NCBI RefSeq assembly: GCF_009931435.1
Contig: NZ_CP043414.1
Strand: one strand, 5' to 3'
DNA from: Escherichia coli
GTDB lineage: Bacteria > Pseudomonadota > Gammaproteobacteria > Enterobacterales > Enterobacteriaceae
Length of the DNA stretch: 64,000 nucleotides
Shown: one piece after another, positions 9,784 to 27,169 of the stretch
Position numbering within the stretch: position 1 is the stretch's first letter
Layout of the letters: each line of letters opens with the position of its first letter
Notes under the pieces: generated by a model
Database searches by the model: none
Seen by the model: only the letters and a program-made list of their open reading frames with translations
Told to the model about the DNA's origin: nothing
Position numbers and translations under genes: made by a program

Positions 9784-10177
9784 CAAAATTTTAACACATC
9801 AGAGATCTATCATAATTCAGTAAAATAACAAAATATTATCAGGAACGAGTTAACGCTGCTCATAACAGTCAAACCGATACTATAAAACCCAATAATTGAA
9901 ACCTTTTCATCATGTCAGTAAGATAGTCATCCTTATGATCTTTATATAAAAAAGCCAACCATGGTGGTTGGCAAAGTGGCACAAACCAGCATAAAAGCTA
10001 TGCTTTGTTTAAAAACCTTCTTTAAATTAAATATATATCGTCCTGACTAAACAGAACTAAAACGGAATGAATTATTTAATCATGTTACTAAATTTGATTT
10101 TGTTTAGCCTCTGTTGAGATCCCTTGTTTTAAATTTCATTTGGATAAAATTCTTAATTAAATCCTTGGGAGTCAATT

Positions 10178-10438
10178 ATGTCTATGCAAAGTCAAGGAAT
10201 GAACTTTGAAATGAACCTATACGCATATTTGAATAAATATGATAGTCGGCTTTCAGAAGAAAAACTTGCAATTGATAAGGCAGTTAGAGATTTATATCTT
10301 TGCAACGAACGCGTGGATAACAAGAGAATTATACTGAAATTGCTCTCATTTTTATCATCTGCTGATGACATTGTTGAAAAAGATATTATCAGGAATGCTT
10401 TGGAAGTGGTGCTTCTTTTTACATTAGACGATATTTAA
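10178..10438 (+). CDS. AriR/YmgB-family paralog (86 aa)
   Basis: Clear similarity visible between …RVDNKRIILKLLSFLSSADDIVEKDIIRNALEVVLLFTLDDI and AriR …[44 protein letters not shown]-rich context. Confidence 0.55.
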   Translation: MSMQSQGMNFEMNLYAYLNKYDSRLSEEKLAIDKAVRDLYLCNERVDNKRIILKLLSFLSSADDIVEKDIIRNALEVVLLFTLDDI

Positions 10439-10686
10439 GTCATCTCAGGAGTTTTAATACACGAAGAGTGCCCGGATACTAGCGATTATATTCATATTTA
10501 ATTATGAGTGCGGGGAAAGAGATTATGCATTGGCATATTTCTCTAACGTCCGCGATAGAAAAACAACTTTAAATATAAATAAAGAACAAACCACCTTTGC
10601 ATTCAACCTCATCTGAGCTGACTATAGTACAAATTATATTGATATTCTTTATCAACATCATTGGAACAGAAGAATAAGGCGAAGAA

Positions 10687-11010
10687 ATGAAGTGTATAGT
10701 AATTGATACTGTAATACAACCTTCGTGTGGTATATATTTTTCAGTCATATGGAGCGATATAAAAATGATCATTTGGTATCGTTCAAATATCTTTCTCCCA
10801 CCTGGCAGCATATTTACAGTTATTAAGTCAGGTATTATACTCGAGGATAAAGAATATCCGATCAGTATTTTTAACGTGGCGCTATTCAACAAAAATTTAT
10901 GGAATTTAATCAAAAATAGTCAAGAGTGTCCTACAGAATCAAACAAAATTACGAATAAATGCCTGCATAAGCATTGCATTATGCAAATATGTCCACATGG
11001 TCTCAAGTAA
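10687..11010 (+). CDS. iraM: RssB anti-adaptor IraM (107 aa)
   Basis: 107-aa [25 protein letters not shown]…KICPHGLK matches my recollection of IraM in sequence and length. Confidence 0.75.
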   Translation: MKCIVIDTVIQPSCGIYFSVIWSDIKMIIWYRSNIFLPPGSIFTVIKSGIILEDKEYPISIFNVALFNKNLWNLIKNSQECPTESNKITNKCLHKHCIMQICPHGLK

Positions 11011-11061
11011 TGGGGGTTATTTAACCTTCCCTATATGCTATAGATAAATCTACCAAAAACT

Positions 11062-11099
11062 GCCCCTTCGTAGAGGGGCTCTATGATTTTGTTTTATTT
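11062..11099 (+). terminator. Intrinsic terminator downstream of iraM
   Basis: Hairpin GCCCCT-tcgtag-AGGGGC followed by a T-rich tract tctatgattttgttttattt. Confidence 0.6.
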
Positions 11100-11606
11100 G
11101 AAGGCATGGTGCTGAATGTATTCGTTGAATCCAGATTCAACACCTGAAGCTGCACTTAACCCATAATACTTGTTTCTGGTTCCTCTACCGAGTGGTCAAA
11201 CAATGATATGTATGTGACGTCAGAGTTTATTTTTTTAGTGTTTAATGCTATTAATTTAACGTAGTTACCTATCTTTTTTCTACCTTCTGAACTAACCTTA
11301 GGTTTCAACGTATCCGGCAGGAGGGGCTATCCCCAATCTTAAATTTTGCTTCCCGATTTGCTCAAGCCAAAGTTTTAATTTTACAACCTATAAACCTGAG
11401 TTAAATCAACCTCATGGTGCTGTCTGTTCCCGCTGTGGAACAAGACTCACTGCAACATCTTGCATTCCTAAACTTCGCAGAAGGCGATGGGCAAAAACTG
11501 TACTGTAATGTTATTTCGATGTCTCTTATGGTAAATAGGAGGCGTCGAGGCTAAGTGAGTAGCCTGCTTGCTTCTCAAGCCTGGATACTATCAGCATTCA
11601 CGTCAG

Positions 11607-11645
11607 ATGAAATGATGATATTTCGCGTAAGAAAGAGGCATTTTT
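11607..11645. repeat. 39-bp repeat, copy 2 (iraM to trkG-like intergenic region)
   Basis: ATGAAATGATGATATTTCGCGTAAGAAAGAGGCATTTTT; 37 of 39 identical to 1961..1999. Confidence 0.7.
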
Positions 11646-11744
11646 TTATCAACTTCACATCGGAGATGGTAATAATCCTATGGGTCCAGTCCATATGAGG
11701 GGGTCAACATACTATAAAATTCACAATCATAAATTAACTATATA

Positions 11745-13220
11745 TCAAGAACGCCAAAAAAATCCTGAAAATAGTATAATAACAGGGTAAATTTCAAGTC
11801 GACCAAGAATCATAGCAATACACATGAGATATTTTGCAATATCATTAAGAACACCGAATGAGGATGCGGTAGCCCCAAAACCCAGCCCCATATTATTAAT
11901 GCATGCAGCGACTGTCGCAAATGATGTAAGGAAATCATATCCCATACCGTTTAGCACCAGTATAAAAAACACTGTAAAGAAAGTATAAAGAAAAAAGAAA
12001 CTCCATACAGACCTCATTACGCGGTCTGTAACAATCTTCCCTCCTACATTTACACTAAGCAATGCTCTGGGATGAGAAAGCTGATTTATTTCGTGTTTAC
12101 TTTGTTTAAAAAGTATAAGAAATCTAAGTGATTTAATTCCGCCGCACGTTGAGCCTATACATCCCCCAAAAAAACTTGACAGCAGCAAAAAAACTATCGT
12201 ATGTGTGGGCCAGTTTGAATAATCCTGCGTAGCTAAACCATTATCAGTGAGCATGGAGCTAGCAAGAAAAAACGAATGAACAACACTTCCAGTTAAGTCA
12301 TACATACCTATATGCCAGACCTGGAAAGAGGTAACAATGATAACACCTGAAGCTATTAACAAAAAGAAACGAAGTTCAACATCTCTGAGTAAGGGTTTTA
12401 TTGTTTTCCTGCTTATAACAACATACCAAAGAGTGAAGTTGAAAGCCGATAACAGAGAAAAAGAGCCCGCCACCAGTTCAATCAAATAATTATTGAAATA
12501 ACCGATACTCTCACTATGAGTTGAAAAACCGCCAAGAGAAACTGTAGAAAGTCCATGACAAATAGCATCAAACAACGGCATTCCTGCAAGTCGATAACAA
12601 ACAATACAAGCAATGCCTAATAAAGAATAAGTTATCCAAAGTGTCCGCGACGTATCAGCCAGGCGTGGAGTCAGTTTGTCATCCTTAAATGGTCCTGGCA
12701 TTTCTGACTGATAAAGTTTTGCACCACCAATACCCAATAATGGCAACACAGCAACTGCCAGAACAATAACCCCTAAACCGCCTATAAAATTTAATTGTGA
12801 CCGGTAGAACAAATATGCCCGAGATAATGAACTGACATCATCAATTACTGTTGCTCCTGTTGTTGTTATTCCGGAAACCCCTTCAAACAGCGCGTCAGCA
12901 AACGTTAAATTAAGCTCTGAATCAATCCATAATGGAAATGCGCTAATAATAGAAAATAAAATCCAAAACATTACAATTATAATAAACCCATCACGGGTGC
13001 GTAATTGAATGCCAGATTTTTTAGTGGTATACCACGCTCCGCCACCAATACAAAAAAATATAACAAAAGTAATAAAAAAAACGAACAAGCTTTTTTCTTT
13101 ATAAAACAATGCTACAACCATTGGTGGTAACATTGAAAGACTATAGAGCCAGACCAAGAACCCACACATATGAGTTACAACTCTTACATGAGATGTATTC
13201 ATATCCAAATGTTCTTTCAA
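11745..13220 (-). CDS. trkG: TrkH/TrkG-family potassium uptake membrane protein (491 aa), TrkG-like
   Basis: Polytopic membrane ORF with glycine-rich selectivity-type motifs (SGITTTGATV, IGGLG, GGFSTH, GCIGSTCGG); clearly not the housekeeping TrkH sequence; markedly AT-rich gene. Confidence 0.65.
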   Translation of the reverse strand: MKEHLDMNTSHVRVVTHMCGFLVWLYSLSMLPPMVVALFYKEKSLFVFFITFVIFFCIGGGAWYTTKKSGIQLRTRDGFIIIVMFWILFSIISAFPLWIDSELNLTFADALFEGVSGITTTGATVIDDVSSLSRAYLFYRSQLNFIGGLGVIVLAVAVLPLLGIGGAKLYQSEMPGPFKDDKLTPRLADTSRTLWITYSLLGIACIVCYRLAGMPLFDAICHGLSTVSLGGFSTHSESIGYFNNYLIELVAGSFSLLSAFNFTLWYVVISRKTIKPLLRDVELRFFLLIASGVIIVTSFQVWHIGMYDLTGSVVHSFFLASSMLTDNGLATQDYSNWPTHTIVFLLLSSFFGGCIGSTCGGIKSLRFLILFKQSKHEINQLSHPRALLSVNVGGKIVTDRVMRSVWSFFFLYTFFTVFFILVLNGMGYDFLTSFATVAACINNMGLGFGATASSFGVLNDIAKYLMCIAMILGRLEIYPVIILFSGFFWRS

Positions 13221-13629
13221 TTATAACCACCTTACTGCAATGTCATGATTATACTGTATAAATTTTAACTCTTCTTAGATCTTACTTCACTGGTCCTTAT
13301 GAAACAATCAGCAAAATGAATCTTATTATAACACTGTTCGGTTATGTATTGTTGAGCCTTCCCGCTGGGCCTGCATCATTACAAGTCGCTCCCTATGGGG
13401 CTTTGTCGAATAAATAATTTTTCGGTAAGTGTCCCCTGAGCAGGTTGTATCTTCAGGCAGTATGAACACTTTCTGGTATACCTACCTTCGTCATTATGTT
13501 CAGCGTATGCACCATGACCAAAGCCTCTGCAACCGGCCTATCATAATCTAGCAGCATCAGAGAACCTCAGAATAACTGTTTTACCCTGTACATTGCCGTT
13601 TCCGCTATTGAGCAACGATTGTAATCTTT

Positions 13630-15617
<1,988 letters not shown>

Positions 15618-16113
15618 TCAATCGCTGATACGCGACTGCACAGTTACGGTCGGCATACTCACCGGGCCAGTAACCCGCTCCTTTTTGGGGTGGGATGAGC
15701 GCGCTGATTTTCACACGGCGCAGCTGCTCGTAACAGAGCCGAGAGGCGTAAACTCCGTCTGCTGCTGTCCTGATTTTTTGATGGGTTTGCCGGATTAATC
15801 CGGCTACACCTCTACATCCGTTACGCTGAATGCTGAGGTCGCCCTTGGGAAGAAGGCATTGCTGACTTATACCAATCCGAAATCACCTACTCGTCCAACC
15901 AGACAGGGAGGGGCCTCGGTTGATAAGAGCTCTGTTATTGATGTGCCAGTTGGTGATTCTAACTTTTGCTTTGTAACGGGACGAGCCGTGTTGGCAGATG
16001 ATGTGTGGTCTGATCCTTAAACTCAGTAAAAGTACGATTTATTCAAAAAAGCCCCTCCACTATGATTTCGATTTAAGGGGCTGATGATTATGTAACGCGA
16101 ATTTACCGGATCC

Positions 16114-17499
<1,386 letters not shown>

Positions 17500-17810
17500 T
17501 CAGGGGGGTTGATATTCCGGATCGTGCCGTGTTTGCCCACGGCTCCCCCTGGAGAGCTGCAGACCTGTTTATTTAACTCGCACAGCGCCGGGGCCTGTCA
17601 GTAAACAGGGAGCATAACCGTCGTGCCATTAAACGCCAGACGGGAGATCATTATTATTTTATTAATACAGATCCGTTGCATTCCGGTCTTTACCGCAGTT
17701 TAAAAGAAAAGAGAATAGGGACTTAGGCAGTAGAGCAGTCATTGGACAGACCACACTACCCCAAACTAGCAGGGGAGTTTTGATAAAATTTTAATAACCG
17801 TTAGCAGGCT

Positions 17811-17844
17811 AACAAAAAAACAACGGGCGTGTTATACGCCCGTT
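17811..17844 (-). terminator. Intrinsic terminator of icd
   Basis: On the minus strand, hairpin AACGGGCG-tataaca-CGCCCGTT followed by a U-run (plus-strand A7 at 17814-17820), just after the icd stop. Confidence 0.7.
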
Positions 17845-17867
17845 TCAATATTTAACACATGTAGTGA

Positions 17868-19118
17868 TTACATATTCTTGATGATCGCGTCACCAAACTC
17901 TGAACATTTCAGCAGTTTAGCGCCTTCCATCAGACGTTCGAAGTCATAGGTTACGGTCTTGGCATTGATTGCGCCTTCCATACCTTTAACAATCAGGTCA
18001 GCCGCTTCAGTCCAACCCATATGGCGCAGCATCATCTCAGCGGAGAGGATGATAGAGCCTGGGTTAACTTTGTCCTGACCAGCATACTTCGGCGCAGTAC
18101 CGTGGGTGGCTTCAAACAGCGCGCATTCGTCACCGATGTTTGCGCCTGGGGCGATACCGATACCGCCAACCTGCGCTGCCAGAGCATCAGAAATGTAGTC
18201 ACCGTTGAGGTTCATACAGGCGATAACGTCGTATTCAGCCGGACGCAGCAGGATCTGTTGCAGGAATGCGTCAGCAATCACGTCTTTAATAACGATCTCT
18301 TTGCCGGTGTTCGGGTTTTTGACTTTCAGCCACGGCCCGCCGTCGATCAGTTCACCGCCAAACTCTTCACGCGCCAGCTGGTAACCCCAGTCTTTAAACG
18401 CGCCTTCGGTGAACTTCATGATGTTGCCTTTGTGCACCAGGGTCACAGAGTCACGGTCGTTAGCAATTGCGTATTCGATCGCGGCACGAACCAGACGTTT
18501 GGTGCCTTCTTCCGAACACGGCTTGATACCGATACCGCAATGTTCCGGGAAGCGAATTTTCTTCACGCCCATCTCTTCACGCAGGAATTTAATCACTTTC
18601 TCAGCGTCGGCAGAATCAGCTTTCCATTCGATACCCGCATAAATGTCTTCCGAGTTTTCACGGAAGATAACCATATCGGTCAGTTCAGGATGTTTAACCG
18701 GGCTTGGGGTGCCCTGATAGTAACGTACCGGACGCAGGCAGATGTAGAGATCCAGTTCCTGACGCAGAGCTACGTTGAGAGAACGAATACCGCCGCCAAC
18801 CGGAGTGGTCAGAGGGCCTTTAATGGCAACGCGATATTCACGAATCAGATCAAGGGTTTCAGCAGGCAGCCAGACGTCCTGACCATAAACCTGTGTGGAT
18901 TTTTCACCGGTGTAAATTTCCATCCAGGAGATTTTACGCTCGCCTTTATAGGCTTTCTCGACTGCAGCGTCGACCACTTTCAGCATGGCTGGGGTTACAT
19001 CTACACCGATTCCATCACCTTCAATGTAAGGGATAATCGGATTTTCAGGAACGTTGAGTTTGCCGTTTTGCAGGGTGATCTTCTTGCCTTGTGCCGGAAC
19101 AACTACTTTACTTTCCAT
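17868..19118 (-). CDS. icd: Isocitrate dehydrogenase (NADP), 416 aa
   Basis: Full-length 416-aa ORF with characteristic IDH sequence (…[13 protein letters not shown]…); synteny with rluE. Confidence 0.95.
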   Translation of the reverse strand: MESKVVVPAQGKKITLQNGKLNVPENPIIPYIEGDGIGVDVTPAMLKVVDAAVEKAYKGERKISWMEIYTGEKSTQVYGQDVWLPAETLDLIREYRVAIKGPLTTPVGGGIRSLNVALRQELDLYICLRPVRYYQGTPSPVKHPELTDMVIFRENSEDIYAGIEWKADSADAEKVIKFLREEMGVKKIRFPEHCGIGIKPCSEEGTKRLVRAAIEYAIANDRDSVTLVHKGNIMKFTEGAFKDWGYQLAREEFGGELIDGGPWLKVKNPNTGKEIVIKDVIADAFLQQILLRPAEYDVIACMNLNGDYISDALAAQVGGIGIAPGANIGDECALFEATHGTAPKYAGQDKVNPGSIILSAEMMLRHMGWTEAADLIVKGMEGAINAKTVTYDFERLMEGAKLLKCSEFGDAIIKNM

Positions 19119-19289
19119 TCACCTCTCCTTCGAGCGCTACTGGTTTGCTCGTCTGCCACCACGTTGCATATGCGTTTGCGTCCTGCGATACGGATGCGTT
19201 AGAGCAATTTTTTGTTAATGATTTGTAATTAGCTTGTCAATACTACCCTATTGTTTGCCGTCATGAAAGATGCGCGTTATTAGGCTATA

Positions 19290-19943
19290 ATGCGGCACTT
19301 CATAATCTCTGAAAATACCATGCAAAAAACTTCTTTTAGAAATCACCAGGTTAAGCGATTCAGCTCGCAACGTTCTACCAGGCGAAAACCTGAAAACCAG
19401 CCCACGCGTGTGATCCTGTTCAATAAACCCTACGATGTTCTTCCGCAGTTCACCGATGAAGCCGGACGCAAAACATTAAAAGAATTCATCCCGATTCAGG
19501 GGGTGTATGCGGCAGGTCGTCTCGACCGCGACAGCGAAGGGTTACTGGTGCTGACCAATAACGGCGCTTTGCAGGCGCGTTTAACCCAGCCGGGTAAACG
19601 TACCGGGAAAATCTATTATGTACAGGTAGAAGGTATTCCCACGGAAGACGCCCTTGAAGCGTTGCGCAATGGCGTAACCTTAAATGATGGCCCTACCCTG
19701 CCCGCAGGTGCGGAGATGGTTGAGGAGCCGGAATGGTTATGGCCCCGTAATCCGCCAATTCGTGAACGAAAAAGTATTCCCACCAGCTGGCTTAAGATCA
19801 CCTTATATGAAGGACGTAATCGCCAGGTGCGCCGCATGACCGCCCATGTTGGTTTCCCCACGCTGCGACTGATTCGCTATGCGATGGGGGATTACTCTTT
19901 GGATAATCTTGCCAATGGCGAATGGCGAGACGCGACAGATTAA
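19290..19943 (+). CDS. rluE: 23S rRNA pseudouridine synthase RluE (217 aa)
   Basis: RsuA/RluE family motif ([16 protein letters not shown]); 217 aa. Confidence 0.85.
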   Translation: MRHFIISENTMQKTSFRNHQVKRFSSQRSTRRKPENQPTRVILFNKPYDVLPQFTDEAGRKTLKEFIPIQGVYAAGRLDRDSEGLLVLTNNGALQARLTQPGKRTGKIYYVQVEGIPTEDALEALRNGVTLNDGPTLPAGAEMVEEPEWLWPRNPPIRERKSIPTSWLKITLYEGRNRQVRRMTAHVGFPTLRLIRYAMGDYSLDNLANGEWRDATD

Positions 19944-19952
19944 GGATGCAAA

Positions 19953-21574
<1,622 letters not shown>

Positions 21575-21609
21575 TTATTGTCTTTAATTACAACAAGGAA
21601 GCAGTGAAC

Positions 21610-22251
21610 GTGGCAAAGAATTACTATGACATCACCCTCGCCCTGGCCGGAATTTGTCAGTCGGCACGCCTGGTGCAACAACTCGCTCACCAGGGGCATT
21701 GTGATGCCGATGCGCTACACGTCTCACTCAACAGTATTATTGATATGAACCCCAGCTCGACGCTGGCGGTTTTTGGCGGTAGCGAAGCCAACCTGCGCGT
21801 CGGGCTGGAAACCTTGCTCGGCGTGCTCAACGCCAGCAGTCGCCAGGGCTTAAACGCTGAGTTAACCCGCTACACCCTTAGCCTGATGGTGCTTGAGCGC
21901 AAACTCTCCTCAGCGAAAGGCGCGCTCGACACTCTGGGCAACCGGATCAACGGCCTGCAACGACAGCTCGAACACTTCGATTTACAGTCCGAAACGCTGA
22001 TGAGCGCGATGGCCGCCATCTATGTTGATGTTATCAGCCCGCTAGGCCCGCGCATTCAGGTCACCGGTTCCCCTGCTGTACTGCAAAGCCCACAGGTGCA
22101 GGCGAAAGTCCGCGCCACCCTGCTGGCAGGCATTCGCGCCGCCGTGCTCTGGCACCAGGTCGGCGGCGGACGTCTACAACTGATGTTTTCTCGTAATCGC
22201 CTGACCACTCAGGCAAAACAAATTCTTGCTCATTTAACCCCGGAGTTGTGA
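21610..22251 (+). CDS. hflD: Lysogenization regulator HflD (about 213 aa)
   Basis: ORF 21604..22251; sequence [22 protein letters not shown]; probable GTG start. Confidence 0.8.
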   Translation: MAKNYYDITLALAGICQSARLVQQLAHQGHCDADALHVSLNSIIDMNPSSTLAVFGGSEANLRVGLETLLGVLNASSRQGLNAELTRYTLSLMVLERKLSSAKGALDTLGNRINGLQRQLEHFDLQSETLMSAMAAIYVDVISPLGPRIQVTGSPAVLQSPQVQAKVRATLLAGIRAAVLWHQVGGGRLQLMFSRNRLTTQAKQILAHLTPEL

Positions 22252-23625
<1,374 letters not shown>

Positions 23626-23648
23626 GCCTCAAATCAGTGCCGGATGGC

Positions 23649-23680
23649 GATGCTGTCCGGCCTGCTTATTAAGATTATCC
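23649..23680 (+). terminator. Hairpin (REP-like) downstream of purB
   Basis: GCCGGA-11 nt-TCCGGC stem followed by a weak T tract; could be a REP-type element rather than a strong terminator. Confidence 0.35.
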
Positions 23681-23716
23681 GCTTTTTATTTTTTCACTTT
23701 ACCTCCCCTCCCCGCT

Positions 23717-23733
23717 GGTTTATTTAATGTTTA
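23717..23733 (+). promoter_or_regulatory. PhoP box (direct repeat GGTTTA-N5-TGTTTA) in the phoPQ promoter
   Basis: Sequence GGTTTAtttaaTGTTTA about 60 bp upstream of the phoP start matches the (T/G)GTTTA-N5-(T/G)GTTTA consensus. Confidence 0.8.
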
Positions 23734-23793
23734 CCCCCATAACGACATAATCGCGTTACACTATTTTAATAATTAAAACAGGGAGAATGAAAA

Positions 23794-24465
23794 ATGCGCG
23801 TACTGGTTGTTGAAGACAATGCGTTGTTACGTCACCATCTTAAAGTTCAGATTCAGGATGCTGGTCATCAGGTCGATGACGCAGAAGATGCCAAAGAAGC
23901 CGATTATTATCTCAATGAGCATTTACCGGATATTGCGATTGTCGATCTCGGTTTGCCTGACGAGGACGGTCTGTCACTGATTCGCCGCTGGCGTAGCAAT
24001 GATGTTTCACTGCCGATTCTGGTATTAACCGCCCGTGAAAGCTGGCAGGACAAAGTCGAAGTATTAAGTGCTGGCGCTGATGATTACGTGACTAAACCGT
24101 TTCATATTGAAGAGGTGATGGCGCGAATGCAGGCATTAATGCGGCGTAATAGCGGTCTGGCTTCACAGGTCATTTCGCTACCACCGTTTCAGGTTGATCT
24201 CTCCCGCCGTGAATTATCTATTAATGACGAAGTGATCAAACTGACCGCGTTCGAATACACCATTATGGAAACGTTGATACGCAATAATGGCAAAGTGGTC
24301 AGCAAAGATTCGTTAATGCTACAACTCTACCCGGATGCGGAGCTGCGGGAAAGCCATACCATTGATGTACTGATGGGACGTCTGCGCAAAAAAATTCAGG
24401 CACAATATCCGCAAGAAGTGATTACCACCGTTCGCGGCCAGGGCTATCTGTTCGAATTGCGCTGA
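23794..24465 (+). CDS. phoP: Response regulator PhoP (223 aa)
   Basis: Receiver domain (MRVLVVEDN…D…) plus OmpR-type winged helix; 223 aa; overlaps the phoQ start. Confidence 0.95.
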   Translation: MRVLVVEDNALLRHHLKVQIQDAGHQVDDAEDAKEADYYLNEHLPDIAIVDLGLPDEDGLSLIRRWRSNDVSLPILVLTARESWQDKVEVLSAGADDYVTKPFHIEEVMARMQALMRRNSGLASQVISLPPFQVDLSRRELSINDEVIKLTAFEYTIMETLIRNNGKVVSKDSLMLQLYPDAELRESHTIDVLMGRLRKKIQAQYPQEVITTVRGQGYLFELR

Positions 24466-25925
24466 TGAAAAAATTACTGCGTCTTTTTTTCCCGCTCTCG
24501 CTGCGGGTACGTTTTCTGTTAGCAACGGCAGCAGTAGTATTGGTGCTTTCGCTTGCCTACGGAATGGTTGCGCTGATCGGTTATAGCGTCAGTTTCGATA
24601 AAACCACGTTTCGGCTGTTACGTGGCGAGAGCAATCTGTTCTATACCCTTGCGAAGTGGGAAAATAATAAATTGCATGTCGAGTTACCCGAAAATATCGA
24701 CAAGCAAAGCCCCACCATGACGCTAATTTATGATGAGAACGGGCAGCTTTTATGGGCGCAACGTGACGTGCCCTGGCTGATGAAAATGATCCAGCCTGAC
24801 TGGCTGAAATCGAATGGTTTTCATGAAATTGAAGCGGATGTTAACGACACCAGCCTGTTACTGAGTGGAGATCATTCAATACAGCAACAGTTGCAGGAAG
24901 TGCGGGAAGATGATGACGACGCGGAGATGACCCACTCGGTGGCGGTAAACGTCTACCCGGCAACATCGCGGATGCCAAAGTTAACCATTGTGGTGGTGGA
25001 TACCATTCCGGTGGAGCTAAAAAGTTCCTATATGGTCTGGAGCTGGTTTATCTATGTGCTCTCAGCCAATCTGCTGTTAGTGATCCCGCTGCTGTGGGTC
25101 GCCGCCTGGTGGAGTTTACGCCCCATCGAAGCCCTGGCAAAAGAAGTCCGCGAACTGGAAGAACATAACCGCGAATTGCTCAATCCAGCCACAACGCGAG
25201 AACTGACCAGTCTGGTACGAAACCTGAACCGACTGTTAAAAAGTGAACGCGAACGTTACGACAAATATCGTACGACGCTCACCGACCTGACCCATAGTCT
25301 GAAAACGCCACTGGCGGTGCTGCAAAGTACGCTGCGTTCTCTGCGTAGTGAGAAGATGAGCGTCAGTGATGCTGAGCCGGTGATGCTGGAGCAAATCAGC
25401 CGCATTTCACAGCAAATTGGCTACTACCTGCATCGTGCCAGTATGCGCGGTGGGACATTGCTTAGCCGCGAGCTGCATCCGGTCGCCCCTCTGTTGGACA
25501 ATCTCACCTCGGCGCTGAACAAAGTGTATCAACGCAAAGGGGTCAATATCTCTCTCGATATTTCACCAGAGATCAGCTTTGTTGGTGAGCAGAACGATTT
25601 TGTCGAGGTGATGGGCAACGTGCTGGATAACGCCTGTAAATATTGCCTCGAGTTTGTCGAAATTTCTGCAAGGCAAACCGACGAGCATCTCTATATTGTG
25701 GTCGAGGATGATGGCCCCGGTATTCCATTAAGCAAGCGAGAGGTCATTTTCGACCGTGGTCAACGGGTTGATACTTTACGCCCTGGGCAAGGTGTAGGGC
25801 TGGCGGTAGCCCGCGAAATCACCGAGCAGTATGAGGGTAAAATCGTCGCCGGAGAGAGCATGCTGGGCGGTGCGCGGATGGAGGTGATTTTTGGCCGCCA
25901 GCATTCTGCGCCGAAAGATGAATAA
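24465..25925 (+). CDS. phoQ: Sensor histidine kinase PhoQ (486 aa)
   Basis: Two TM segments, periplasmic sensor domain, H-box ([12 protein letters not shown]), HATPase; 486 aa. Confidence 0.95.
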   Translation: MKKLLRLFFPLSLRVRFLLATAAVVLVLSLAYGMVALIGYSVSFDKTTFRLLRGESNLFYTLAKWENNKLHVELPENIDKQSPTMTLIYDENGQLLWAQRDVPWLMKMIQPDWLKSNGFHEIEADVNDTSLLLSGDHSIQQQLQEVREDDDDAEMTHSVAVNVYPATSRMPKLTIVVVDTIPVELKSSYMVWSWFIYVLSANLLLVIPLLWVAAWWSLRPIEALAKEVRELEEHNRELLNPATTRELTSLVRNLNRLLKSERERYDKYRTTLTDLTHSLKTPLAVLQSTLRSLRSEKMSVSDAEPVMLEQISRISQQIGYYLHRASMRGGTLLSRELHPVAPLLDNLTSALNKVYQRKGVNISLDISPEISFVGEQNDFVEVMGNVLDNACKYCLEFVEISARQTDEHLYIVVEDDGPGIPLSKREVIFDRGQRVDTLRPGQGVGLAVAREITEQYEGKIVAGESMLGGARMEVIFGRQHSAPKDE

Positions 25926-26000
25926 ATATGTCCATACTTCACGCATTACGTTAAGCATCCGTTATAATCGGTTGCAGATACCAGCCTGTGGATGCTTAAC

Positions 26001-27122
26001 ATGGAATACCAACTCACTCTTAACTGGCCCGATTTTCTTGAACGTCACTGGCAGAAACGCCCGGTGGTGTTAAAACGCGGCTTTAATAATTTTATTGACC
26101 CGATCTCTCCAGACGAGTTGGCGGGTCTGGCGATGGAAAGCGAAGTCGACAGTCGACTGGTCAGTCACCAGGATGGCAAATGGCAGGTCAGCCACGGCCC
26201 GTTCGAAAGCTACGATCATCTCGGTGAAACCAACTGGTCGTTACTGGTACAGGCAGTGAACCACTGGCATGAGCCGAGCGCCTCGCTGATGCGGCCGTTC
26301 CGTGAACTGCCGGACTGGCGTATTGATGACCTGATGATCTCTTTTTCCGTACCTGGCGGCGGCGTCGGCCCACATCTCGATCAGTACGACGTGTTTATCA
26401 TTCAGGGTACCGGACGTCGTCGCTGGCGAGTGGGCGAAAAGCTGCAAATGAAACAGCACTGCCCGCACCCGGATCTGTTACAGGTCGATCCGTTCGAAGC
26501 CATCATTGATGAAGAACTGGAGCCAGGCGATATTCTTTATATTCCGCCAGGATTCCCCCATGAAGGCTACGCGCTGGAAAATGCGATGAACTATTCCGTG
26601 GGTTTTCGCGCGCCAAATACGCGGGAACTGATTAGCGGATTTGCCGATTATGTGCTGCAACGTGAACTGGGCGGCAACTACTACAGCGATCCTGATGTTC
26701 CACCTCGCGCTCATCCTGCGGACGTTCTGCCGCAAGAGATGGATAAACTGCGTGAGATGATGCTCGAATTGATCAACCAGCCGGAACACTTTAAGCAATG
26801 GTTTGGCGAGTTTATATCCCAGTCACGTCATGAACTGGATATCGCGCCGCCAGAGCCGCCTTATCAGCCGGATGAAATCTACGATGCGCTGAAACAAGGT
26901 GATGTGCTGGTGCGTCTGGGTGGTCTGCGCGTATTGCGCATTGGCGACGACGTGTATGCCAATGGTGAGAAGATCGATTCCCCGCACCGTCCGGCACTGG
27001 ATGCGCTCGCCAGCAACATTGCGCTGACCGCGGAGAATTTTGGCGATGCGCTGGAAGATCCGTCATTCCTCGCGATGCTCGCGGCGCTGGTCAATAGCGG
27101 GTATTGGTTCTTCGAAGGGTAA
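26001..27122 (+). CDS. roxA: Ribosomal oxygenase RoxA/YcfD, cupin/JmjC family (373 aa)
   Basis: ORF 25992..27122; HxD…H cupin motif region (GPHLDQYDVFIIQGTGRRRW); length and synteny. Confidence 0.85.
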   Translation: MEYQLTLNWPDFLERHWQKRPVVLKRGFNNFIDPISPDELAGLAMESEVDSRLVSHQDGKWQVSHGPFESYDHLGETNWSLLVQAVNHWHEPSASLMRPFRELPDWRIDDLMISFSVPGGGVGPHLDQYDVFIIQGTGRRRWRVGEKLQMKQHCPHPDLLQVDPFEAIIDEELEPGDILYIPPGFPHEGYALENAMNYSVGFRAPNTRELISGFADYVLQRELGGNYYSDPDVPPRAHPADVLPQEMDKLREMMLELINQPEHFKQWFGEFISQSRHELDIAPPEPPYQPDEIYDALKQGDVLVRLGGLRVLRIGDDVYANGEKIDSPHRPALDALASNIALTAENFGDALEDPSFLAMLAALVNSGYWFFEG

Positions 27123-27137
27123 GTTTGAAGTTAAGCT

Positions 27138-27167
27138 GGATGCGGCATCACATGCCGCATCCCTTTT
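27138..27167. terminator. Bidirectional hairpin between convergent roxA and pepT
   Basis: Perfect inverted repeat GGATGCGGCAT-cac-ATGCCGCATCC followed by CTTTTC. Confidence 0.6.
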
Positions 27168-27169
27168 CG

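Noticed and set aside
10440-10686. Search for a PhoP box upstream of iraM
   Set aside because: iraM is PhoP-regulated in K-12, but I could not find a convincing (T/G)GTTTA-N5-(T/G)GTTTA direct repeat in the 250 bp upstream by eye; not reported as a feature.
18021-19202. 393-aa plus-strand ORF antisense to icd
   Set aside because: It overlaps the conserved icd coding sequence on the opposite strand with arginine/valine-rich composition typical of antisense frames of high-expression genes; no independent signal.
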